Notes under the pieces: generated by a model
What the model was told of the DNA's origin: nothing
The model's database searches: none
What the model saw: only the letters and a program-made list of their open reading frames with translations
Source of the DNA: an uncultured Thermoleophilia bacterium
GTDB lineage: Bacteria; Actinomycetota; Thermoleophilia; UBA2241
Assembly: GCA_963793605.1 (NCBI GenBank)
Contig: CAWCAH010000003.1
Span: 95,534 to 159,533, forward strand
Direction: 5' to 3'
Length of the DNA: 64,000 nt
Made by a program: the position numbers and the translations under genes
Part shown: positions 47,244 to 55,424 of the stretch, piece after piece
How positions within the stretch are numbered: position 1 is the stretch's first letter
How the letters are laid out: each line of letters opens with the position of its first letter

Positions 47244-48998
47244 CTACCGGCCGCCGGCGCCGGGCAGGCGCTCGTGCTCGAGGCGCACGTCACGCACCGG
47301 GGCGCGCGCCGCGTCGGCCGCGGCGTCGTCCGCCGTCGCCTGCGCCGCAGACTCCGCGTCGAGCCGCGAGAGGTAATGCTCGACCTCGTGCGTCACCGTG
47401 GCCTCGTCCCAGTCGAGCGGCGCCGCCATGATCCGCGCCACATCCTCCACGGCGCGGCGCCCGCGGTCCGGGGCCTCGAAGGCGATGTGCGTGCGGCGCG
47501 TGAGGACGTCGTCCACGTGGAGCGCCGCCTCGTTCAGCACGGCGAAACGGACCTCGGCGCCGAGATACGTCTCCGACCCGGCCAGCGGCGCGCCGAGGGC
47601 CGGATCCTCGGCCACGAGGTCGAGCACGCGCAGGGCCAGTGTGCCGTACCGCCGCGCGAGGTGTTCCACCTGGCGCGGCGCCAGACCGGCCGCGCCCGGA
47701 TGCAGCTGCGCGCGCTGCGCCGCCTGAGCCGAGCCGACCGCTCCGAGCAGCGGGAGGTCCTCAGTACGGCTCGGAGGCACGGGGAACGGCAGGTCGCGCG
47801 CGGCGACATCCACGGCGTCGCGCGCCATGATGCGATAGGTCGTGTACTTGCCGCCGGCGATGCTGACGAGCCCCGGCTTGCCGCGATGCACGACGTGCTC
47901 GCGTGAGACGGCGGCGGTGTCCCTGGACTCCTCCGCCACCAGTGGCCGCAGCCCGACGAACACGGCGGTGATGTCGTCCTCCCCGAGCGGTTCGCGCAGC
48001 ACCGCATTGGCGTGCCCCAGCAGGTAGTCGATATCGGTGCGACTGGCGGCCGGGTGGTCCAACCCGAACTCCCACGGCGTGTCCGTGGTCCCGATGATCC
48101 AGTGGGAGCCCCACGGAAGCACGAACAGCACGCTCTTCTCGGTGGGCAGGATCAGCGCCAGGCGCGAGTCGATGCGGTCGCGCGGGACGACGATGTGAAC
48201 GCCTTTGGAGGGACGAACGGGCAGGGGCGTCTCCACGCCGGCGAGCCGCTCCATCTCGGTGGTCCACACCCCGGTGGCGTTGACGGTGACGCGCGCCCTG
48301 ATGTCGAAGTCCAGCTCGCCCTCGAGGTCGCGCGCGCTGACTCCGGTGATCGAGGAGCCGTCCTGAAGGAAGTCCGTGACCTCGACGGCCGGCACGCAGC
48401 AGGCCCCTTGAGCCGAGGCCGTCCCCGCCAGGGTGACCGCGAAGCGCGCGTCGTCGACCTGCGCGTCGTAGTAGCTGATGCCCCCGGTGACGACCTCCGG
48501 CCTCAGTGAAGGCACGTCGCGCATGCAGGCCGCGTGTGAGAGGTGCTTGTGCCGCGGCACGTGGGGGTGCAGGCCGGCCAGGGCGTCGTACAGCGTGAGG
48601 CCGGCGCCGAAGTACGCGTGGTCCCTGAGCCCGTGCTGCAGGGGCAGCAGGAAGGGGGTGGGGTGGACGAGGTGGGGCGCCAGTCGCTGCGCCAGCAGAG
48701 CGCGCTCGTGCAGCGCTTCGCGGACGAGACCGAGGTCGAAGCGCTCCAGGTAGCGCAGGCCGCCGTGGATCAGCTTGCTGGAGCGGCTGGAGGTGCCGGC
48801 GGCGAAGTCGCGCTTCTCGATGAGCGCCACGGAGAGGCCGCGACTGGCGGCGTCGAGCGCGATGCCGCAGCCTGTGACGCCGCCGCCGACCACGAGTACG
48901 TCGAACACCTCGGCGGCGAGCCGCTCGATCTGGCGGCCGCGGGCGTCCCACGGCGACCTGCAGGTCGTCCCGGTCCGCTCGGACCTCGTCGTCGTCAT
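47244..48998 (-). CDS. glpD: FAD-dependent glycerol-3-phosphate dehydrogenase
   Basis: C-terminal 584 aa of the 1037-aa track ORF. DVLVVGGGVTGCGIALDAASRGLSVALIEKRDFAAGTSSRSSKLIHGGLRYLE... plus the C-terminal alpha-helical GlpD domain. TAG stop. Confidence 0.88.
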   Translation of the reverse strand: MTTTRSERTGTTCRSPWDARGRQIERLAAEVFDVLVVGGGVTGCGIALDAASRGLSVALIEKRDFAAGTSSRSSKLIHGGLRYLERFDLGLVREALHERALLAQRLAPHLVHPTPFLLPLQHGLRDHAYFGAGLTLYDALAGLHPHVPRHKHLSHAACMRDVPSLRPEVVTGGISYYDAQVDDARFAVTLAGTASAQGACCVPAVEVTDFLQDGSSITGVSARDLEGELDFDIRARVTVNATGVWTTEMERLAGVETPLPVRPSKGVHIVVPRDRIDSRLALILPTEKSVLFVLPWGSHWIIGTTDTPWEFGLDHPAASRTDIDYLLGHANAVLREPLGEDDITAVFVGLRPLVAEESRDTAAVSREHVVHRGKPGLVSIAGGKYTTYRIMARDAVDVAARDLPFPVPPSRTEDLPLLGAVGSAQAAQRAQLHPGAAGLAPRQVEHLARRYGTLALRVLDLVAEDPALGAPLAGSETYLGAEVRFAVLNEAALHVDDVLTRRTHIAFEAPDRGRRAVEDVARIMAAPLDWDEATVTHEVEHYLSRLDAESAAQATADDAAADAARAPVRDVRLEHERLPGAGGR

Positions 48999-49021
48999 AC
49001 GCCCGCGCTCCTCGTCCAAAG

Positions 49022-49051
49022 TGGTATGTACCAGTCGTCTGGTATGTACCA
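49022..49051. promoter_or_regulatory. Tandem pair of the 12-bp palindrome TGGTATGTACCA (49022-49033 and 49040-49051) in the glpD / FAD-oxidoreductase divergent spacer
   Basis: Exact direct duplication separated by 6 nt. The reverse complement TGGTACATACCA recurs at 51405-51416, upstream of the HutC-type GntR gene. Confidence 0.6.
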
Positions 49052-49151
49052 TGAACCCTGTGCCATACTCTGTCAAGGCAGCGTCGGGCGCGCGCCGCAG
49101 CGCGCCCGTCAGGAACACGGCACGGCGCCCCGCGCGCCACAGGAGAGCTTG

Positions 49152-50510
49152 ATGAGGCACATCGCGGAGCCGGCCAGGACGACTCCGGTCTTCCACGAGA
49201 CCGAGGTGCTGGTCGTGGGCGGCGGGCCGGGTGGCCTCGCCGCCGCCGTCGCCGCCGCCCGCGCGGGCGCGAGGACCACTCTCGTCGACAGGTACGGCTG
49301 CTACGGAGGCGTCATCACCCAGGTGGGCGTGGACACCATCGCCTGGTACCGGCACGCGGAGACGGTGGACCTGGAGGGCATCGGTCGCGAGTTCGAGCGG
49401 CGCGCCGGCGAGTTCGGCGCCGCCACACCAGACGTGCAGTCGGACAGCCTGGCGCTCGACTCCGAGCTGTTCAAGGTCGTTGCCGACCGGCTCGTCCTCG
49501 AGGCCGGCGTGGAGCCCCTCCTGCACTGCCTCGTCACGGAGCCCATCGTCGCGGACGGCCTGGTCAAGGGCGTCGTCACCGAGAGCAAGTCGGGGCGGCA
49601 GGCGATCGTCGCACAGCGCGTGATCGACGCGACCGGCGACGCCGACGTCGCGTTCCGCGCCGGGGCCCCCTGCCACATCCGCCCCCGAGGCTCGGCCATG
49701 GGCGTCACCGTGATGTTCTCCTGCTCCGGGGTCGACAAGGAGCGCTTCCTCGACCATGTCGCGGAGAGCGCGCCCACCTTCGGCGACTGGGGCAAGTGCT
49801 GGCACGTCAAGACGGACGGCAAGGAGGACGACCTCTTCAGCCCGTACCTGCAGGAGCCGTTCGACCGTGCCCGCGCCGACGGCCTGATCCCCGAGGGGAT
49901 CCGCAGCATCGGCGGCACCTGGGGCCGCCTCACCGACGCCGGTGAGGCGACGGCGCTGAACCTGGTCGTCATGGCCGGCTACGACTGCACGGACGTGCGC
50001 CAGCTCACGGCCGCCGAGATCGAGGGTCGCCGTCAGGCCCTGATGGCGATCGAGGCGCTCCGCCGGTACACGCCCGGGTTCGAGCGGGCGATGCTCCGCG
50101 ACTTCGGCTCCACGCTCGGCACCCGCGACTCGCGGAAGATCGTGGGCCGGTACGACCTCACCGGCGACGACGTGCGCGGCGAGGCCCGGTTCCCCGACTC
50201 GGTCGGCATCTTCCCCGAGTTCATCGACGGCTTCGGGGTCCTGGTGCTGCCCACGACCGGCCGGTACTTCCAGGTGCCCTACGGGATCCTCGTCCCGCAG
50301 GACGTCGACAACCTGCTGGTCGCCGGCCGCTGCGTCGCGGGAGACAAGATCTCGCACGCCGCGACGCGCAACCAGATGTGCTGCGCGGTGACGGGGCAGG
50401 CGGCCGGCGCTGCGGCGGCCGTTTCACTGCGAGACGGCCGCACCACGGGCGCGCTCGACGTCGCAAGCCTGCAGGATGAGTTGCGCCGCCAGGGGGTCCG
50501 GCTGGACTGA
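49152..50510 (+). CDS. FAD-dependent oxidoreductase (FAD_oxidored/GIDA-like fold), function unknown
   Basis: ATG 49152 follows AGGAGAG. VLVVGGGPGGLAAAVAAARAGARTTLVDR dinucleotide motif. C-terminal LLVAGRCVAGDKISHAATRNQMCCAVTGQAAG. Confidence 0.75.
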   Translation: MRHIAEPARTTPVFHETEVLVVGGGPGGLAAAVAAARAGARTTLVDRYGCYGGVITQVGVDTIAWYRHAETVDLEGIGREFERRAGEFGAATPDVQSDSLALDSELFKVVADRLVLEAGVEPLLHCLVTEPIVADGLVKGVVTESKSGRQAIVAQRVIDATGDADVAFRAGAPCHIRPRGSAMGVTVMFSCSGVDKERFLDHVAESAPTFGDWGKCWHVKTDGKEDDLFSPYLQEPFDRARADGLIPEGIRSIGGTWGRLTDAGEATALNLVVMAGYDCTDVRQLTAAEIEGRRQALMAIEALRRYTPGFERAMLRDFGSTLGTRDSRKIVGRYDLTGDDVRGEARFPDSVGIFPEFIDGFGVLVLPTTGRYFQVPYGILVPQDVDNLLVAGRCVAGDKISHAATRNQMCCAVTGQAAGAAAAVSLRDGRTTGALDVASLQDELRRQGVRLD

Positions 50511-50574
50511 CGAGACGGAGCGCGAGCGACGGATTCCCTCCCGCGAGGGCGCCGGCTGCGCTCCGCCGGCCGGC

Positions 50575-51315
50575 TCAGGCCTCCTTGCCCTCCACCGGCG
50601 CGGTGACCTCGAACTCGGTGCGGTCGCCGCGGTACACGTCACGCGCGAGCTCCACCACGCCGCCGGCGCCGTCATACACGGTCCGTGTGAGCACGAGCGC
50701 GGGGCTCCCGGTCTTGACGCCCAGCGCCTCCGCCTCGAACCGGTCCAGCGTCACGGCCACCACGCGCGCGTCGGCCTTGGCGGGGCGAACGCCGTAGCGC
50801 TCCCGCAGCAGCACCCAGAGCGAGCCGGCGAGGTCGTGCTCGAGCAGGTCCGGGAACCGCTCCGCGGAGAGCTGGATGTGCTCGATCGCCACCGGCTCGC
50901 CCATCGCCGAGCGCAGACGCTGCAGCACATGCACGCGCCCGCCGGCCGGCACGCCGAGCTGCTCGGCGACCACGGGATCCGCGTCCACGGTCGCCGCCGA
51001 GAGGATCTCGGCGCCCGGCGCCCGGGCGGCGTCGGTCATGTTGCGCGTGAAGCTCCCGACGCTGAAGCGCAGCCGCGGCTCTGCGACGTAGGTGCCGCGG
51101 CGCGGATGACGATAGAGGTAACCTTCGAGCGTCAACGTCTCGAGCGCGTGACGAGCGGTCATGCGGCTGACGTCGTACCGCTCGCCCAGAACGCGCTCCG
51201 ACGGCACGGGGTTGTGGGCGCCGAGCTGCCCGGCCTCGATCTGCTCGCGGAGGAGCTGAGCCAGCCACAGATACAGCGGGCTCGTCCGCTCCGGCGTGCG
51301 CCGCGTGCTGCCCAC
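50575..51315 (-). CDS. GntR family regulator, HutC subfamily (UTRA effector domain)
   Basis: SPLYLWLAQLLREQIEAGQLG...VPSERVLGERYDVSRMTARHALETLTLEGYLY winged HTH followed by a UTRA-like C-terminus. GTG 51315 chosen as start. Confidence 0.8.
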   Translation of the reverse strand: MGSTRRTPERTSPLYLWLAQLLREQIEAGQLGAHNPVPSERVLGERYDVSRMTARHALETLTLEGYLYRHPRRGTYVAEPRLRFSVGSFTRNMTDAARAPGAEILSAATVDADPVVAEQLGVPAGGRVHVLQRLRSAMGEPVAIEHIQLSAERFPDLLEHDLAGSLWVLLRERYGVRPAKADARVVAVTLDRFEAEALGVKTGSPALVLTRTVYDGAGGVVELARDVYRGDRTEFEVTAPVEGKEA

Positions 51316-51404
51316 CTCACCCCCCGAGACGATCGAACGGGACCAGACCGAGCGGCCCACTGGCGTTGCCGCGCGGCCCGGGGAGAGCGTACCACAGGCT
51401 CTCT

Positions 51405-51416
51405 TGGTACATACCA
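51405..51416. promoter_or_regulatory. TGGTACATACCA palindrome upstream of the HutC-type GntR gene
   Basis: Exact reverse complement of the 49022/49040 repeat, 90 nt upstream of GTG 51315. Confidence 0.55.
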
Positions 51417-51583
51417 CGGACTCCGGCGAACCTGCATATCGCATTGCTACTGTGGGGGACGGAACGCACATCTAGTGTTCTCTCGCGGCAGAGCGACGCA
51501 GAAAATGCCGTCCTTGCGCGTCTTGAGAGAATATATGCGAACCCAAACGGGTGCCCGCAACTAACTGAGCGGTCAATTCGCTC

Positions 51584-51612
51584 TTGCCAACCGCTGCCGC
51601 CGTGTGTATTGT
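51584..51612 (+). promoter_or_regulatory. Candidate sigma-70-type promoter TTGCCA-N17-TATTGT for the ABC transporter operon
   Basis: Hexamers at 51584-51589 and 51607-51612 with a 17-nt spacer, about 90 nt upstream of ATG 51702 in a low-GC spacer. Pattern match only. Confidence 0.35.
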
Positions 51613-51701
51613 GACGCGGAGTATCGCGGGCAGTCCCGGCAGCGGGGGCACCGCCTGCATCCGCGGTTTCCACTCAAGTCTCAGCTAGGGGGAAGATCGA
51701 T

Positions 51702-53405
51702 ATGGCATCTGCGAAGTTCGAGCGAGAGTACGGCCAGAACCTGGTAGAGCAGGTCCTCAAGGGCAAGATGACCAGGCGCCAGATGCTGGTGCGCGCGTCG
51801 GTGTTCGGCTTCTCGCTGACCGCCGCCGGCCAGCTGCTCGCAGCCTGCGGCAGCGACGAGACCGACACCTCTGCCTCTCCGAGCGCGTCCGGCGCGCCCG
51901 AGCCCGTCATCGGCGGCAACCTCAAGTGGATCGGCCCCGCGCCGATCACCGATCCCGACCCGGTCACCATCTACGACCAGGGCGGCATCGTCCTCGTCTA
52001 CCAGTTCCTCGAGTACCTCATCGACCTCAACAACGACAACTCGCTGCGGCCCAAGCTCGCGGAGAGCTGGACTCCGAACGACAGCGTCGACGTCTGGACC
52101 TTCAAGCTCCGCTCCGGCGTCACGTTCAACGACGGCAGCCCCTTCGGCGCCGAGGACGTCGTGACGAGCATGGAGCGCGTCCTGGATCCGGACAACGGCT
52201 CCGGCGCCCTCTCGCAGCTCAGCGGTGTGCTGTCCCCCGGCGGCGCCAAGGCCGTCGACGACCTCACCGTCGAGTTCAACCTCGACAAGCCGTACGCCGA
52301 CTTCCCGTACATGGTGTCCTCCGGCAACTACAACACCGCCATCCTGCCGCGCACCTACAAGGGCGACATCATCAAGAACCCGGTCGGCACCGGTCCGTTC
52401 ATGCTCGACCAGTACACGACCAAGCAGAAGGCCACCTTCAAGAAGAACCCCACCTACTGGGGCAAGGACGAGCAGGGTCGCCAGCTGCCGTACCTGGATA
52501 CCACCGAGTACACGATGGTCGAGGACAATGCGGCCCAGAACCTGCAGCTGCAGTCCGGCGCGCAGGACCTCCAGCCGCAGACCGTGTTCCAGGGCGCCCA
52601 GGCGCTGTTCCAGGATCCGAACCTGCGCGTGGACATCTACCCCGGCACGGGCATCCGCGAAGTCGCCTTCAACACCAAGGTCGAGCCGTGGAACGGCGCC
52701 AACGGCAAGCAGCTCCGCCAGGCCGTCGCCTACTGCCTCGACCGCGTCGCCATCAACCAGGCTCTGTACGACGGCCGCAGCAACCTCGGCTTCGACACCT
52801 TCTGGGATCCGACGGTGTTCGCCGGCAGCCCGTCGCTGCCCGAGGAGCGTGCTCAGGACTACGAGAAGGCCAAGGCGCTGCTCACCGAGGCCGGCATGGC
52901 CGACGGCATGAAGATCAAGCTCACCTTCGCCAAGTACCTCGAGAACCCCCAGCTCGCTCAGCTCATCCAGGAGCAGTGCAAGCCGGCCGGCATCACCGTC
53001 GAGCTCGACCAGCTCAGCTACGACGCGTACTACGCCGGCGACGACGCCGACTATTACGGCACCACGCCGTGGCTCAACGCCGCCATGACGATCACCGAGT
53101 GGGGCAGCCGTCCCGCGCCGGGCATCTACGCCGCCGCCATGCTGCTGCCGGACGCCGTCTGGAGCTCCTCGCACTGGAACAACCCGGAGTTCGTCTCCGC
53201 CTTCGACGAGTATCAGGCCACCGTCGATGAGGCGACGCGCATGCCGCTCGCGGAGAAGCTGTCGCAGGTCCAGCAGGACGACACGCCGATCATGGTGCCG
53301 TTCTTCATCACCCAGCTGCGCACGCAGAAGAAGAACGTGTACGGCGTCCAGGGCCCCGGCTCGTTCTACTGCGACCTGAGCGCGGCCTTCATGGCCACGG
53401 CATAA
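51702..53405 (+). CDS. ABC transporter substrate-binding lipoprotein, family 5 (peptide/opine/nickel type), Tat signal
   Basis: 567 aa. MTRRQMLVRASVFGFSLTAAGQLLAACGS (Tat motif plus lipobox) is preceded by a 22-aa N-terminal extension. SBP_bac_5-like core. TAA stop. Confidence 0.85.
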   Translation: MASAKFEREYGQNLVEQVLKGKMTRRQMLVRASVFGFSLTAAGQLLAACGSDETDTSASPSASGAPEPVIGGNLKWIGPAPITDPDPVTIYDQGGIVLVYQFLEYLIDLNNDNSLRPKLAESWTPNDSVDVWTFKLRSGVTFNDGSPFGAEDVVTSMERVLDPDNGSGALSQLSGVLSPGGAKAVDDLTVEFNLDKPYADFPYMVSSGNYNTAILPRTYKGDIIKNPVGTGPFMLDQYTTKQKATFKKNPTYWGKDEQGRQLPYLDTTEYTMVEDNAAQNLQLQSGAQDLQPQTVFQGAQALFQDPNLRVDIYPGTGIREVAFNTKVEPWNGANGKQLRQAVAYCLDRVAINQALYDGRSNLGFDTFWDPTVFAGSPSLPEERAQDYEKAKALLTEAGMADGMKIKLTFAKYLENPQLAQLIQEQCKPAGITVELDQLSYDAYYAGDDADYYGTTPWLNAAMTITEWGSRPAPGIYAAAMLLPDAVWSSSHWNNPEFVSAFDEYQATVDEATRMPLAEKLSQVQQDDTPIMVPFFITQLRTQKKNVYGVQGPGSFYCDLSAAFMATA

Positions 53406-53452
53406 GGTAGGAACGGTACCGAGATAGACAGGCTGACGTAGGGACTCCCGGG

Positions 53453-54403
53453 ATGCTCCGCCTCATAGGACGCCGGCTTCTGCTGATGATCCCGACACTG
53501 ATCCTGGTGTCGATCCTCATCTTCGCGCTCGCGGAAGTGTTTGTGCCGGGCAGTGTGGGACGGTCCATCCTGGGGCCCTACGCCACCGAAGAACAGGTCC
53601 AACTGCTCAACGAGCGGCTGGGAGCGGACCGACCGATCGTCGTCCGCTACACCTCCTGGGCGGGCGGCTTCGTCACGGGGGACTGGGGCGAGTCCGCCCT
53701 GCTGAAGGTCCCGGTCCGCCCGCTGGTCATGGACGCCTTCTGGCACTCACTGCTCCTCGCCGGCTTCGCCCTCGTGCTCATCGTGCCCATCTCCATCGCG
53801 CTCGGGGTCTTTGCGGGGTTACGAAGAGACAGCGTCCTGGACCGCACCATCACCGTCTCGTCGTTGTCGATGACGGTGATCCCCGAGTTCGTCAGCGGCG
53901 TGGTGCTGCTCTATGTGTTCGCCGTGTGGCTCAAGTGGCTGCCCGTCTCGGCGCTGCCGCCGGACGGCGCACCCTTCTACGAGCGTCTCTACTACCTCAT
54001 CCTGCCGGCCATCCCGCTGATGTTCCTTGAGCTCGGCTACATCGCCAGAATGGCTCGCGTGGGCACCGTGCAGGTGCTCAGCATGCCCTACGTCCGCACC
54101 GCGGTCCTCAAGGGCGTGCCGCGCAGCAGGATCGTCTTCGGTCACGTGCTGCGCAACGCCCTGGTCCCCACGGTGACCGTCATCGGCAGCCAGGTCGGTT
54201 GGCTGCTCGGCGGCCTCGTCGTGGTCGAGAAGCTGTTCAACTACCCAGGCATCGGCCGGCTCATGGTCGAGGCGGCCCTGGCGCACGACATCCCGCTGCT
54301 CGAGGCGTCGGTCCTCCTGGTGGCCGTCGTCTACATGCTGGCCAACCTCATCGCAGACATCGTCGTAGCGCTGCTCAACCCGCGTATCCGTATGGGCGGC
54401 TGA
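53453..54403 (+). CDS. ABC transporter permease (DppB/OppB-like)
   Basis: 316 aa. MLRLIGRRLLLMIPTLILVS N-terminus. Contains the EAA-type loop YVRTAVLKGVPRSRIVFGHVLRNALVP. Confidence 0.88.
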   Translation: MLRLIGRRLLLMIPTLILVSILIFALAEVFVPGSVGRSILGPYATEEQVQLLNERLGADRPIVVRYTSWAGGFVTGDWGESALLKVPVRPLVMDAFWHSLLLAGFALVLIVPISIALGVFAGLRRDSVLDRTITVSSLSMTVIPEFVSGVVLLYVFAVWLKWLPVSALPPDGAPFYERLYYLILPAIPLMFLELGYIARMARVGTVQVLSMPYVRTAVLKGVPRSRIVFGHVLRNALVPTVTVIGSQVGWLLGGLVVVEKLFNYPGIGRLMVEAALAHDIPLLEASVLLVAVVYMLANLIADIVVALLNPRIRMGG

Positions 54404-54404
54404 C

Positions 54405-55424
54405 ATGGACGAGAGGCGCGACACCCCGTTCGGCCCCGAGCCCGACCTCCGCGAGGAGGCCATGGAGCTGGGCGCCGACCCCGAGATGATCGAGCTCCGC
54501 GCCGACGCTGCCGCGAAGGCGCGCGAGGCGGAGCTCCCCAAAGATTCCGGCAGCCGGACTGACGAGCTGCAGGCGGACGCGGCGGCTGCGGCCGAGCAGA
54601 AGCGCCAGCGCCGCTACCTCGTCAAGGCGCTGCTGCGCAGCCCGACGTTCATGGTCGGCCTCGTCATCCTGCTGTTCTGGGTGTTCATGGCCGCCTTCTC
54701 CACGTCCATCACCCAGAGCTTCACGGCGCAGGACGCCATGAACTCGCTCAAGCCGCCGACCGCGGCTCACTGGTTCGGCACGGACGACCTCGGGCGCGAC
54801 GTGTTCGCCCGCACCATGGCCGGCGCCCGGACGGTGCTCATCATCGCGCCCCTCGCCACCGTGCTGGCGCTGCTGTGGGGCAGCATCATCGGCCTCATCG
54901 CGGGCTTCTGGCGCGGCCTCACGGACGACATCATCATGCGCGGCATCGACGTCCTGCTGGCACTGCCGATCATCATCACCGCGATCCTCATCCTTTCGCT
55001 GTTCGGCAAGGGCACGGCGATCATCATCCTCACCATCGCCGTGCTGTTCACGCCGGTGGTGAGCCGCACCGTGCGCGCGGCCGTCATCGGTGAGCGCGAG
55101 CGGGAGTACGTTCTCGCGGCGCGCCTGCGCGGTGAGCGCTCCGCCTTCGTCATGGCGCGCGAGATCCTCCCCAACATCACACAGCCGATCATCGTCGAGG
55201 GCACCGTGCGCCTCGGGTACGCGGTGTTCACCGCCGCGACCCTCGCCTTCCTCGGATTCGGCCTGGCTCCGCCATCGCCCGACTGGGGTCTGACCATCTC
55301 CACACAGCGCGTGTTCCTGCAGATCGCCCCGTGGACGGTGATGTTCCCAGCGGCCGCCCTGGCGTCGCTCGTCGTGGCCATCAACCTCATCACCGACGGA
55401 CTGGGGAGGACGTTCTCCAAATGA
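54405..55424 (+). CDS. ABC transporter permease (DppC/OppC-like) with a ~70-aa charged N-terminal extension
   Basis: 339 aa. HWFGTDDLGRDVFAR motif and EAA loop YVLAARLRGERSAFVMAREILPN. Confidence 0.88.
   Translation: MDERRDTPFGPEPDLREEAMELGADPEMIELRADAAAKAREAELPKDSGSRTDELQADAAAAAEQKRQRRYLVKALLRSPTFMVGLVILLFWVFMAAFSTSITQSFTAQDAMNSLKPPTAAHWFGTDDLGRDVFARTMAGARTVLIIAPLATVLALLWGSIIGLIAGFWRGLTDDIIMRGIDVLLALPIIITAILILSLFGKGTAIIILTIAVLFTPVVSRTVRAAVIGEREREYVLAARLRGERSAFVMAREILPNITQPIIVEGTVRLGYAVFTAATLAFLGFGLAPPSPDWGLTISTQRVFLQIAPWTVMFPAAALASLVVAINLITDGLGRTFSK

Noticed and set aside
48999-50357. N-terminal 450 aa of the 1037-aa track ORF 47244..50357, read as an extended GlpD
   Set aside because: This part is antisense to the well-supported FAD oxidoreductase (49152..50510) and has no family features. 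GlpD begins at the internal ATG 48998, right before its FAD-binding motif.
51768-53405. Starting the first SBP at the internal ATG (MTRRQML), and likewise the second SBP at 62690
   Set aside because: The 22 upstream codons are conserved in length and at several positions between the two paralogs, and each upstream ATG has a purine-rich RBS. The longer form is preferred, but the internal start cannot be excluded.
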